From contig OZ024747.1 of assembly GCA_964016885.1 (NCBI GenBank), positions 81,592,001-81,656,000 of the forward strand: 64,000 bases of DNA, in the 5' to 3' direction. Below the pieces are notes generated by a model that saw nothing but the letters and a program-made list of their open reading frames with translations, did no database searches and was not told where the DNA came from. Positions 41,842-54,075 of the stretch are shown here, piece after piece; position 1 is the stretch's first letter; the number at the start of each line of letters is the position of its first letter. The stretch comes from Eledone cirrhosa. Taxonomy: Eukaryota. A program made the position numbers and the translations under genes.

Positions 41842-42097
41842 ATCAAACACTCATGAAATATGTGATAAAACTGTATAACCATAGTTGCAGTTATATACAT
41901 ATGCATGAATTCAGAAATATGAGGAAATTTAAATATTATTCAAAGCAAACAAACACATTAACACATACATCCATAAAGAAATGTTTAACTAAAACACACT
42001 TACATTGAGGAAGTGGAAAATAACACACATATACATGTGCATACCAGCAAACACAGAACATATTAAATTATACATGAAACGATAGGCAGCTTTAAGG

Positions 42098-42169
<72 letters not shown>

Positions 42170-42179
<10 letters not shown>

Positions 42180-42352
42180 GGCTTCTACAGGACTAGAACT
42201 TTTCATTCGAAGACTTTCATCAGGCTTTCCTGGTGATTTCCTTCAAATGAAATAGTTCTAGTCCTGTAGAAGCCATTTCTATATTAAACACTTATACTCT
42301 GCTATGTATTGAGTACCTTACTTACTGTGGTTACCTCCAATTGAACCCAGGA
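42170..42352 (+). mobile_element. Hairpin element (42170-42284) with hammerhead-like cores in both arms, plus tail
   Basis: About 42-bp inverted arms; CTGGTGA..GAAA..GTC on plus and CTGATGA..GAAA..GTC on minus; ATTAAA then GTATTGAGTACC (42306-42317). Confidence 0.7.
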
Positions 42353-42386
42353 TATACACACACACATATATATATATATATATTCC

Positions 42387-43582
42387 TTGTAGGAAAGAAA
42401 ATAGGGCACCGGTCCCATCTGGGAAATGGCCATGCTCAGTGTGTAGGAAAGGAGTAGGCAGAAACTCCATTTTATGTCCCAAATGCAAAGTATGGGTACA
42501 TAAAAGATGTAGTGGGATCACAGGTAAGCTAACTAAGAATATGGATTTTATATGTGGCCGGTGCTCTGGTGCAATAAGTAGCAGCAAGTGCCCACAGAAT
42601 ACTAACTCATTCCATTGCAGAGATGGTTCTATAGAAATAGTGGACAGCTTCCGTTACCTGGGTGACAAAACCAGCAGTGGGGGAGGGTGCTCTGAAAGTA
42701 CAGTAGCTAGAGTCAGAACGGGATGGAAAAAGTTCAGAGAGCTTATACCACTATTGGCCACTAAAGGGTTCTCTCTAAAAATGAAAGGCAGGCTGTGTGA
42801 TGCCTGCATACGAACAGCAATGTTACATGGCAGTGAGACCTGGGCATTGTGTGCAGAGGATATACGCAGACTAGAGAGGAACGAAGCTTGCATGCTCCAC
42901 TGGATGTGTAATAGTAATATACGTGAACGGCAAAGCATAAACGAACTAAGGGAGAAATTAGGAATAAGAGGGATCAGATGTTGTTTACTCGAGAGAAGAC
43001 TACGTTGGTATGGTCACGTGATGCGCATGAAAGACGACAGCTGTATAAAAAAGTGCAGGGCGATAAAAATAGACGGTAGCCACGGAGTAGGCAGACCCAG
43101 AAAAACCTTTGACGACTTGATAAATTCCGACCTCCCACACTTACACCTCTCCAAGACAATGTCACAGGACTGAGATCTTTAGCGCTACGCAGTTATACAG
43201 AAGACCCGCCTTGCCTAAGTACAAAGCGAAACCTACAGTCAGTAGGCACCTCTAACGAAATACACCCCCGCCCAACTACCCCCACCCCATCCACACCACC
43301 CCCTTAAATGTGAAGTTATGTTGGTACCACAACATCCAGTCCGAAACAAATGAGGTCATGTAGGTGTCACGACAAAAAAAAAAACACATAGTCCACGCTG
43401 TAATGTGGCCGTGTAGGTAACATTGTAAAAACCTCCCAGTACACACTGTAAACGTGGTTGGTGTTGGGAAGGGCATCGAGCCGTAGAAAACCCGCCAGAG
43501 AGTCCTATACGAGCAGGACAACCAGTCTGAGAAAACCCCCGCCCAGACCCATGCAATCGTGCGTGGAAGATGGACGTTAAAC
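42387..43582 (+). mobile_element. RTE LINE subfamily B, 5'-truncated just before the PHD finger, premature stop at 43171-43173
   Basis: [20 protein letters not shown]...; 3' UTR; inserted between TA runs. Confidence 0.93.
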
Positions 43583-43584
43583 TA

Positions 43585-43825
<241 letters not shown>

Positions 43826-44150
43826 TGGCTTAGTGGTTAGAGCATTGGCCTTGCAATCGAAAGGTTGTGAGTTCAATTCTCAGACCGGGTGATGTGTTGT
43901 TTCCTTGAGCAAGACACTTTATTTCACATTGCTCTAGTTTACTCAGCTGTAGAAATGAGATGATAGGGACTGGGGTCCATATCGTTCCATGGTCGTGGAG
44001 GTGCCACACCAAAAAAGCACCCACCACTCACTGTAAATGAGGTTGGTGTTAGGAAGGGCATCCAGCTGTAGAAATCAAGCCAGAATCAGTTCCCGTCCCA
44101 CCCTTGCAAGCAGGGAAAAAGCGATCGTAAAATGAAATGAAATGAATGGT
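43826..44150 (+). mobile_element. tRNA-derived SINE with a 3' tail derived from the RTE subfamily A 3' UTR
   Basis: TGGCTTAGTGG A box, GAGTTCAATTC B box; 43990-44092 matches the reverse complement of 2688-2837; ends (ATGAA)n. Confidence 0.8.
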
Positions 44151-44605
44151 GATATATATGTTGACTTATAGACACAAAGCATGCACACTTCAAATCCTTC
44201 ACAGAAACAAACACCCAAAGATATACAAAATATTTTGATATCAGAATAATTTCCCCTCCTCCACACCACCACAGTGCAGAGGGGACTCTTCCATAGGGAA
44301 TATGATGAATGACCACTCTAGTATTACTGCCACAAGATTGAACCCAGTACACTCTATAAGATGGTTGGTGATAGGAAAGGTCTCCAGCCATAGAAAGTTT
44401 ACCAAACAAAGGGTTGGAAAGACACCTCAATTGTGAAAAGAAAATGACAACCTCTCTTTTGCTGGTGCACTAAGTAGAACATGAAACTGTACGTAAGCAA
44501 GATGCAAACTCCTAACCTGTCTAGGAAGTTAGTAGCCCTGCATCAGGTCTGACTTCGTCTATGAAAACCCTTCCAATTCTTGCTTACAGAAAAAGTGGAT
44601 ATTAA

Positions 44606-46783
44606 ATGAATATATATATATATATTATAGAGGAACAGTGGGAATTCCTGAGAGCAAACCTGCTGACGGCGGCAGACGAAGTCTGTGGCTGGAGCAGGCA
44701 TGTAGGTAGGAGGAGAGTAACATGGTGGTGGAACAGTAAGGTGGAGGAGTCAATTAAGGCCAAAAAGCAGGCTTGGAAAGCATGGCGGGATGGGGGAAGT
44801 AGAGAAGACTATCAGGTAGCCAGGAGGGAAGCTAGGAGACAAGTGTACTTCGCAAGAAGGGAAGCAGAGGAAAGAAAGTTCAAGCATGTTCTACAACGTG
44901 AGGACCAAAAACGTGAGGTGTTCAGGATTGCCAGGCAATGTGTCAAGGAAAACCGTGATATTGTCGGGGAGAAGTGTGTGCTTAACGATGATGGCATACT
45001 TGCCATCACCGACGCTGATAAGAAGGTAGCTTGGAAGTGTCACTACGAAAGGCTTCTAAATGAGGAGAACAAATGGGAGAAAGACAGTCTCCCCCACATC
45101 GACCCAATAGAGGGACCAGCAGTGTTAGTCCAGGGTAGTGCAATAAGCAAGGCAATCAAAGATATGAAGACGGGTAAGGCGGCTGGTCCTTCGGAAATAG
45201 TTGCTGAGATGCTGAAGGCATCTGGTTCGGTGGGACACACCATGGTCACCCGGATAGTTAACCAAGTCGTACAGCATGGGGTTGTTCCGAAGGACTGGCG
45301 TAGCAGCATCATCGTTAACTGCTATAAGGGAAAAGGAGATGCCCTAGATAGGAGTAACTATAGAGGCATTAAATTAATCGACCAGGTCATGAAGGTCACG
45401 GAAAAAGTAATAGCGCAACTAATCAGAGAGAGAATTGATCTAGATGAAATGCAGTTCGGATTTGTGTCAGGCAAAAGTACCACAGACGCTCTTTTCATTG
45501 TACGACAACTACAGGAGAAGTACCTAGCTAAAAGTAAACCCCTATACTTAGCTTTCGTCGACTTGGAGAAAGCCTTCGACAGAGTCCCCCGTTCCATTAT
45601 CTGGTGGTCTCTTAGAAAACTAGGTGTTGACGAATGGCTTGTGAGAGCTATACAAGCCATGTATAAAGAAACAGTCAGTAAGGTTAGAATTAACAACGAA
45701 TATAGTGAAGAGTTTAGCGTAAAAGTTGGTGTCCATCAGGGCTCTGTTCTTAGCCCCCTACTATTTATTATTGCCCTTCAGGCTATAACAGAGGAGTTCA
45801 AGACCGGCTGCCCATGGGAACTCCTATACACAGATGATCTACCGCTCATAGCTGAATCAATGACCGAACTAGAGAAGAAATTCCAAACATGGAAGCACGG
45901 CCTAGAATCAAAAGGCCTTAAAATTAACCTGGCTAAGACAAAAGTTCTAGTTTGTAGGAAAGAAAATATGGCGGCAGTCCCATCTGGGAAATGGCCATGC
46001 TCAGTGTGTAAGAAAGGCGTAGGTAGAAACTCCATTTTATGTCCCAAATGCAAAGTATGGGTGCATAAAAGATGTAGTGGGATCACAGGTAAGCTAACTA
46101 AGAACATAGATTTTACATGTGGCCGGTGCTCTGGTGCAATAAGTAGCAGCAAGTGCCCACAAAATACTAGCTCCTTCAACTGCGCAGAGGGTTCTATAGA
46201 AATAGTGGACAGCTTCCGTTACCTGGGTGACAAAATCAGCAGTGGGGGAGGGTGCTCTGAAAGTACAGTAGCTAGAGTCAGAACTGGATGGAAAAAGTTC
46301 AGAGAGCTTATACCACTATTAGCCGCTAGAGGGTTCTCCCTAAAAATGAAAGGCAGGTTATACGATGCCTGCATACGAACAGCAATGCTGCATGGCAGTG
46401 AGACCTGGGCATTGTGTGCAGAGGATATACGCAGACTAGAGAGGAACGAAGCTTGCATGCTCCGCTGGATGTGCAATAGTAATATACGTGAACGGCAAAG
46501 CATAAACGAACTAAGGAAAAAATTAGAAATAAGAGGGATCAGATGTTGTTTACTCGAGAGAAGGCTACGTTGGTACGGTCACGTGATGCGCATGAAAGAC
46601 GACAGCTGTATAACAAAGTGCAGGGCAATAAAGATAGACGGTAGCCACGGAGTAGGCAGACCCAGAAAAACATGGGACGAGCTGATAAATTCCGACCTCA
46701 CACGCTTACACCTCTCCAAGACAATGTCACTGGACCGAGACCTTTGGCGGTACTCAGTAATAGAGAAGACCCGCCTTACCTAA
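44606..46783 (+). CDS. RTE reverse transcriptase ORF (endonuclease missing; YTDD variant) with PHD-like finger
   Basis: Same RT motifs as 2878-5160; catalytic motif reads LLYTDDLPL; the first residues (MNIYIYI) come from flanking TA sequence. Confidence 0.9.
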   Translation: MNIYIYIIEEQWEFLRANLLTAADEVCGWSRHVGRRRVTWWWNSKVEESIKAKKQAWKAWRDGGSREDYQVARREARRQVYFARREAEERKFKHVLQREDQKREVFRIARQCVKENRDIVGEKCVLNDDGILAITDADKKVAWKCHYERLLNEENKWEKDSLPHIDPIEGPAVLVQGSAISKAIKDMKTGKAAGPSEIVAEMLKASGSVGHTMVTRIVNQVVQHGVVPKDWRSSIIVNCYKGKGDALDRSNYRGIKLIDQVMKVTEKVIAQLIRERIDLDEMQFGFVSGKSTTDALFIVRQLQEKYLAKSKPLYLAFVDLEKAFDRVPRSIIWWSLRKLGVDEWLVRAIQAMYKETVSKVRINNEYSEEFSVKVGVHQGSVLSPLLFIIALQAITEEFKTGCPWELLYTDDLPLIAESMTELEKKFQTWKHGLESKGLKINLAKTKVLVCRKENMAAVPSGKWPCSVCKKGVGRNSILCPKCKVWVHKRCSGITGKLTKNIDFTCGRCSGAISSSKCPQNTSSFNCAEGSIEIVDSFRYLGDKISSGGGCSESTVARVRTGWKKFRELIPLLAARGFSLKMKGRLYDACIRTAMLHGSETWALCAEDIRRLERNEACMLRWMCNSNIRERQSINELRKKLEIRGIRCCLLERRLRWYGHVMRMKDDSCITKCRAIKIDGSHGVGRPRKTWDELINSDLTRLHLSKTMSLDRDLWRYSVIEKTRLT

Positions 46784-47294
46784 ATACAAAGTAAAAACCT
46801 ACTACAGTCAGTAGGCATCTCTATCAAACACCCCCCCCCCCCCGTCCCACCACCTCCACCCCATCCACACCGCCCCTTTCAATGTACAGTTATGTTGGTC
46901 CCACAACATCCAGGCCGAAACAAATGAGATCGTGTAGGTGTCACGACAAAAAAACACACAGTCCACGCTGTAAATGTGGCCGTGTAGGCAACATGGTAAA
47001 AACCTCCCAGCCCCACACTGTAAACGTGGTTGGTGTTAGGAAGGGCATCCAGCTGTAGAAAACCCGCCAGACAGTCCACGCTGTAATGTGGCCGTGTAGG
47101 CAACACGGTAAAAACCTCCCAGCCCCACACTGTAAATGTGGTTGGTGTTAGGAAGGGCATCCAACTGTAGAAAACCCGCCAGACAGTCCTATGCGAGCAA
47201 GACAACCACTCTTGCCTCAAGTGAGAAAACCCCCGTCCAAACCCATGCAAGCGTGGAACACGGACGCTAAACCTGATGATGAGGATGATGATGA
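44627..47294 (+). mobile_element. RTE LINE subfamily B, 5'-truncated, with 3' UTR duplication
   Basis: Long RT ORF, 3' UTR and (GAT)n tail; TA flanks. Confidence 0.95.
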
Positions 47295-47344
47295 TATATA
47301 TATATATATATATATATACATGCATACATACATACACACACACA

Positions 47345-47388
<44 letters not shown>

Positions 47389-48084
47389 TGCAAACATACA
47401 TACACACACATTCATATATATATATCAAAATATACAAAGACAAAACACATTGGAAACAAACCAGTATAACACACACACATGCATGCAAATATATACATGT
47501 AAGAACACCCAAAACATTTTGAAGGAAATCAAAGCCAATCTATGCTGTTGAGACAAGCCATAAATCAACTTGGAAAATATCAAAGACCAATTTGAAAATT
47601 TCTCTTTTGAAGAGAGAGATGACAAGAGGAAGAGGAGGAGGAGAGAGAGAGAGTTGGTGTATATAGGGAATGCAATCTGGTGTGGTATTATTAATTTGGC
47701 TCAAAGTTTTGAGATGGAATTTTTGTGTGAGCTTTATAATGATATAAGTGAACACACACACACACTCACACAGACATGCTTGGGACCCCAGTATATGCCC
47801 AGGCAAGTGCAAATGATTCATTATCAAAACATATTAAATATTTCTTATAATTTTTACACTCATATATGGAGAAATGCTGCACTCGAGAGGACTCATCTAT
47901 CTCATGCAAGCTTCGAAAAACTAATTTTACAATAGATATTTAAAACTGAATGTGAGGTACATGTTTACTGAATGTTGATTTGAACTGCAAGTTAAGCAGG
48001 CTCTGTGAAGCTCACATTTGGTTTCTGCTGTCTAAATGTGTCTCTTGCAACCATTTTGTACCTTTATTCTCAGTAAGCTGTTCC

Positions 48085-48575
48085 CAATGCTTATAGATTT
48101 TAGTATTATTTGTGGGTTATCCATATAGTGTCTTTTTTTGGTTGCCAGCTGTTCTACTCTTTGCAACAAGCTCACCATAAAGGAGTTGTTTTTTGGCATG
48201 CATGTGGAAAATGGAGCCTATCCAGCAAATTTAGTTCTTTTCTAGCAGAGTTTGTATTGAGGGAATATTCACCCATTAAAGCACTTCCTTGTCCAGGGAT
48301 TTGTCTAGCCACAATCTATGAAGACAAGCCATGAAAATGATTAAGCTGTTTGTTTTGTTTACTGTAAAAATGTTATGTCTTGCAAATATAGAGGAGTGTT
48401 GAGAACATCATTGCTTAACAGTCATTCAGCTTGGTATTGATGCTGATATCTCTGTAGTCCCAAACTGTTGGACATAGTCTTCCAAAAGCTGGTCTTACTT
48501 TATCTATCCTGGAATTGAGCTCATTATCTATGTTAACAGGTCTGTAAGAAGGCTACAAATGTAGGTGAGCTCCAT
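48085..48575 (-). pseudogene. Ancient BovB-like RTE C-terminal fossil
   Basis: Minus strand reads NIDNELNSRIDK..AFGRL..VW...I.INTKL.....LLYICKT...LNHFH...QLLYGEL....GNQKK with stops. Confidence 0.7.
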
Positions 48576-48597
48576 TGAATATAACAACTGCATATTT

Positions 48598-49956
48598 ATT
48601 CTCAGGTCTCAATAATCATCCACCTGCCCCCTCTCCACTTATTAATTTTTAAAAAACATTATACATGACAAAATAATACATTACTAAAAAAAGCCAATGC
48701 ATTATAAAATCAACAGGATGGGTTGAGGGGTTTCAGTATGTAAACTAAACCACTAAATCTGGGTTTTTAAAAAATCAACAGAGATAACCTAGGAAAATTG
48801 TCAATTTTCCAACCTCCCAGTTTATTCCAACCCCCTGCTTATTTCAGCTTTATCATCATCATCATCGTTTAACGTCCATCTTCCACACTTGCATGGGTTT
48901 GGACGGGAATTTTCCCACTTGAGGTAAGATTGGCTGTCTTGCTCGTATAGGACTGTCTGGCGGGTTTTCTATGGCTGGATGCCCTTCCTAACACCAACCA
49001 CATTTACAGTGTGGACTGGGAGGTTTTTACCGTGTTACCTACATGGCCATATTACAGCGTGGACTGTGTGCTTTTTTGTTGTGACACCAAGACGACCTCA
49101 TTTGTTTCGGACTGGATGTTGTGGTACCAACATAACTTTACATTGAAAGGGGTGGTGTGGATGGGGTGGGGGTAGTGGGATGGGCGTGTGTTTTTGTTAG
49201 AGGTGCCTACTGACTGTAGGTTTCGCTTTGTACTTAGGCAAGGCAGGTCTTCTGTATTACTGTGTAGCGCCAAAGATCTCGGTCCAGTGACATTGTCTTG
49301 GAGAGGTGTAAGTGTGTGAGGTCAGAATTTATCAAGTCGTCCCAGGTTTTTCTGGGTCTGCCTACTCCGTGTCTACCGTCTATTTTTATCGCCCTGCACC
49401 TTTTTATACAGCTGTCGTCTTTCATGCGCATCATGTGACCGTACCAACGTAGTCTTCTCTCGAGTAAACAACATCTGATCCCCCTTATTTCTAATTTTTC
49501 CCTTAGTTCGTTTATGCTTTGTCGTTCATGTATATTCCTATTACACATCCAGCGGAGCATGCAAGCTTCGTTCCTCTCCAGTCTGCGTATATCCTCTGCA
49601 CACAATGCCCAGGTCTCACTGCCATGTAACATTGCTGTTCGTATGCAGGCATCACACAGCCTGCCTTTCATTTTTAGAGAGAACCCTTTAGCGGCCAATA
49701 GTGGTATAAGCTCTCTGAACTTTTTCCATCCCATTCTGACTGCACTTTCAGAGCACCCTCCACCACTGCTGATTTTGTCACCCAGGTAACGGAAGCTGTC
49801 CACTATTTCTATAGAACCATCTGTGCAATGGAATGAGCTAGTATTGTGTGGGCACTTGCTGTGGGCTACTTGCTGCACCAGAGCACCGGCCACATATAAT
49901 TTATTCTAAACTCACCTACTTATTCCACCCTACCTATTATTTGGGAACCAAGAGTA
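48598..49956. mobile_element. Tc1/mariner-type MITE split by an RTE insertion
   Basis: Imperfect TIRs tattctcaggtctcaataat / attatttgggaaccaagagta; ttattccaccc-type subterminal repeats on both sides of the LINE. Confidence 0.5.
48852..49899 (-). mobile_element. RTE LINE subfamily B, 5'-truncated
   Basis: ORF 49234-49893 homologous to the 44606 ORF C-terminus; 3' UTR and catcatcat tail. Confidence 0.93.
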
Positions 49957-50105
49957 TATATATCTTACTCTAATGTTGAGCATATAAATAATGGCAAGAA
50001 TACATAAAATTAAAATACTAATTGGGGAAAATATCCAAGGATGTCTGCTACACGAAAAATTTATAGTAAAATTATAGATACTTTTACATTTCTCCAAGGT
50101 ATATT

Positions 50106-50327
50106 TTAACCCTTTCATTAAGAAATTTCTAATGAAATACCCTGCTTATAAGTTTCAATTAATTTTGAAAATGACCAAAGATTAGGACGAATTTTATGGA
50201 GTAATTAATGTTTTCATTAAAATAAAATAATAATGGAAGGTTTTAATATAAGGATAAACTTTTGAAAATGAGATGTTTGTATCATAAATCTAGGGTAATT
50301 TCAGGCAGTTTGATATCCAATGGGTAA
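50106..50327. mobile_element. TTAA-flanked piggyBac-like MITE
   Basis: TTAACCCTTT start and ..ATGGGTAA end; related to 1570-1807 and 60960-61230. Confidence 0.55.
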
Positions 50328-50337
50328 TTGCAATTAA

Positions 50338-50521
50338 AATAATTGTTTCTACTTTTGGCACAAGGCCAGCAATTATCCCAGTGTATTACTAGTACTTTAT
50401 TTCATCTACCCCGTAAGGATGAAAGGTAAAGTTAACCTCGGCGGGATTTGAACTCAGACCATAAAGGGCCGTAACTCTTTGCTTCAAAGCATGGCGTCCG
50501 ACCCTCTACCGATACTGCCAA
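50338..50521 (-). mobile_element. Deu/Nin-core SINE
   Basis: Near-complete reverse complement of the 9071 and 39401 copies. Confidence 0.88.
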
Positions 50522-52585
50522 GTGCTCGCAATGGATAGGTTATTACTGCCTGAAAACCTTATGTAAGTAAGAATAATATCTTGGCTATAGAGTGTACATC
50601 TAAGAAAGAGGTGTAGGAAACTGTAAAATTATATGATGGTAGTTTTCTTAATCATTTTGCAATAGAAAGAATATGTAGTCAAAATACTATCATTTCATAC
50701 AACAAGAAAACAATTTAAAGATAATCAACTGTTTATGACAAAGTAGGACGTTGTCCTAGTCTCTAGATAAAATAAATTGCTAGCAGGGAAATTGGATGGA
50801 TGATAATGATGATGATGATGTTTATGATTTTAGAGAATCTTCGGTGCTTTTCTCTGAATTTTTCTTGACATCACAATCAGAGAAGAACATTTTCTGCAGA
50901 GAACTAATGTGACTAAAGTTTTTAATTAACAAGCATTTCTGGGGAAAAAAAAAAAATTGTGTCTCATTATTTAACAACGCTGAATGATGATGATGATAAA
51001 TGGGAAGTGAGGGCATATTTATTTGGAGTCTGTCATGACAATGAAGTGGATATTAATGTTGAATATGTCACACAAAAACCAATAAATATGCATACAAATT
51101 CGATTAAAACTTTTCAGACTAATCATGGATTAAAAAAAAGCTTTATGCACCAGGATTCAACAAATACTTTAAGGATATTTTCCTTGCAAAAACAAGGGTT
51201 AACCAAGCAGGCCCTTTAACAAACTTCCTCCTTTTTCCTATGGGCTGCATACTCCCTCATCAATCCTCCATCTAATTGACCCTTGTTTTCCTTGCTCTTG
51301 ATGTTGAGCACTAACTAAAGATCATTTATAAAAATGAAAACAAAATAAATTGCAATTCCAAATTTTTCCTATTTCCATTTCCATAGACCCTGTCTGACCT
51401 TAATTTTCCATTTCAACCTATGTCACAGCTATTTAATTCAGAGTTCATTACCACAATTAGAATTATGTGGTTAGAACAGAGTGAACAACGTCAATTCTAT
51501 GAGTTATTCTGAATGTATTAAAGAATCATAAAAGTTATTTCACCTTGATAACCCAATGAAAGATATATAAAATACCATCATCTACAATATTAATTCTTGA
51601 CCATATGATTTTCTAAGTTTATCTATTCAGAATTCAGGTTTTATTTGCATATACTATATTTATTAATATAATCATTAAGATTTTGGAAAATGTATCAGTT
51701 AATGTTTATTTTTTTAAAGATATAATATTGATTTTAGTAATATATTGTCCTCATTATGCTAATATTGGGGTAAACTCGATGAAAACAGTATTCACAAGAA
51801 CGGCCATTAATTTTATGGTTCTAAAATACTTCTCAATGTTTCTTTAATTGAATTACCTATTCATTTTATCTGAATTTCATTTACATGAGACTTTTTAAAA
51901 ACAAAATACCAAGAACTCCTTTAACTATACACATCAAGAAAAATAATATTTTCATAATGCCCTTCCTAACTTCAGCTCATAAATATATAACCCATCCTGA
52001 TAAATCTACTCATGCACACACACACACACCAGATATTGTAATCAGAGTTTTTGAACAAGAATTTCTTAATGACTATACACAGAGAGTAATAGAAAGTGTT
52101 TCACATAGGAATCTTTCCATCACAATCCAAGGGTGGTTTTAATGGATCTGGGATGCATTTGAAGACTAAGCAAGTGGTACTTGAAATCATATTGGTAAAT
52201 AAAGATTGGTGACAGTCTCATAGAAATGGAGCTAAGGTAATTCACACAATTTCATTGAGTTACTGATGAATTCGATGCTATAAGAACACTGTTAATTTGT
52301 CATCTAAGTTGACCTCATCAGAATTTGAGTGTAGAGAACCACAATAAATTATGAGTTTTCAGCATCCTGTGTTCAGTATTAGCTCTCTGCACTATGTATT
52401 GAAATTGTGTTAAAACCAACTTTACTTTTCATCCTTTCAGGGTTGACAAACATAAAAATGCAATAGGTTCGTAAAATTGTTAAAGTCAGAAGACTTGATT
52501 TGCAAAATCTGATCTGACTCCATGTGTTCTGAGTTTAAATCCTCTTCCTTCTGCCAGGAATTGTGATTAGGAAAATAGTATCAAC

Positions 52586-52733
52586 CAGTGCTGGATGTAG
52601 GACAAATAAGGCGCCGTGCTAGTTAAGTAATGAGGTCCCTTACTTGGGCCCTGAAGGAGGTAAAACGGGTCTCCTTGGCCAAGGGGGCCCTGTACTTAAA
52701 GCACACTTAAGCACAATGGTAAGTCCAACATTG
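52586..52733. mobile_element. hAT-like MITE with 8-bp TSD
   Basis: CAGTGCTGGA...TCCAACATTG imperfect TIRs; flanks gtatcaac (52578-52585) and gtatcagc (52734-52741). Confidence 0.7.
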
Positions 52734-54016
52734 GTATCAGCAATGGAAAGATCAATGGAAACATAGTTGCTTTGGTTTTAATTGATGACTGACACCTTGC
52801 CTATTTCTTTTTTTATTTATCAATGAAATAGAATTGTTGCGAGGCAATATAAAACATAAAAGTTTTCAAAGCACTAGAAAATATCCACTGAAATAAACTA
52901 TTTTCTGCATACATTTCTTAATAGAAAGTTGGTATATTGTTAAAATATAGCTGATTTACTGCATAAATGTCATTAATTAGCAAGATGAAGTTAACAGGGG
53001 TGCAGTCTGTTTTTGATATGTAGAAAGTATTTTGAAATGTTAAATAGCAAGTGAAGTGCAGTTAAAATGCATTGCAGACAATTTCTAGTAGAATATCTAA
53101 ATGGCAGTAAGAGTATTTCTATGTGCAGTTAAAGTCTAATTGAGTTTCTATTGGTGTGCAATTTAAGTGCAATTTAATTGCAATCAATGTACTTCAATGT
53201 GTAGTTGTGTGAAGAGTCACTGATGTGCAATCCATGAACAGCAAAAATGCAGCTGATTTGCCACTTTCGACAATCAAACTAGATACTTTACACACAACAA
53301 GAGTGTGATAACTGGCACTGAAAACCAACCAGCTCCATATTATTAGTTTGAAAGGTAATCCAGCAGATTCATTATTTGTTTCTATTTCCTTCCTCCCATC
53401 AAACACATGCATACATATAATAATGCTACCACACAGACAAAATAATGGTTAAAACAACCATCTGGAATATTCCAACAAAAATATGGATATATAGGGGAAA
53501 ACAAACAAAATATTTGAAAATAATTGAAAAACCAACAGCAAAAATAAATTTTAAAAAAAAATGAAATAAAACAAATAAATCTTGAAGAGTAACAACAAAA
53601 ATTTTTTTTAAATATATATATGATAAATAAATAAATATCAGTAAAAAAGGAAATATAATATTTAGCAAATTTAGATTAAAAAACGTACAAGCCTTTATAA
53701 AACAGTAATTACTTAGTGCAATTCTATTGATTTCATGCTGTCGATTTTCTTATTCAACTCCCCAAATATAACACCTTAATTTCGTCAAGAAAACACCCAC
53801 AGCAATGAGTGTGTGAATATATGTAAATGTGCATGCGTGCATGTGTGTGTGCATGTACGTCAGAAGGAAGGAAGACTGGGGAGGAAGTTGCTTTACATTT
53901 TTTTGCTAAAAAATTATTGTTGCTATATTTATTAAAGGAAATTATAGAGTACATAAAAGGCACATATATATGTGTGTGGGTATATGTGTGCGTGCACACA
54001 CATACTCACACACATA

Positions 54017-54075
<59 letters not shown>

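Noticed and set aside
43826-43900. tRNA gene
   Set aside because: A and B boxes are present, but the sequence continues into a SINE core and no full cloverleaf is evident
50822-50933. Minus-strand candidate exon after ctgcag (KMFFSDCDVKKNSEK...)
   Set aside because: No domain similarity and no supporting partner exon
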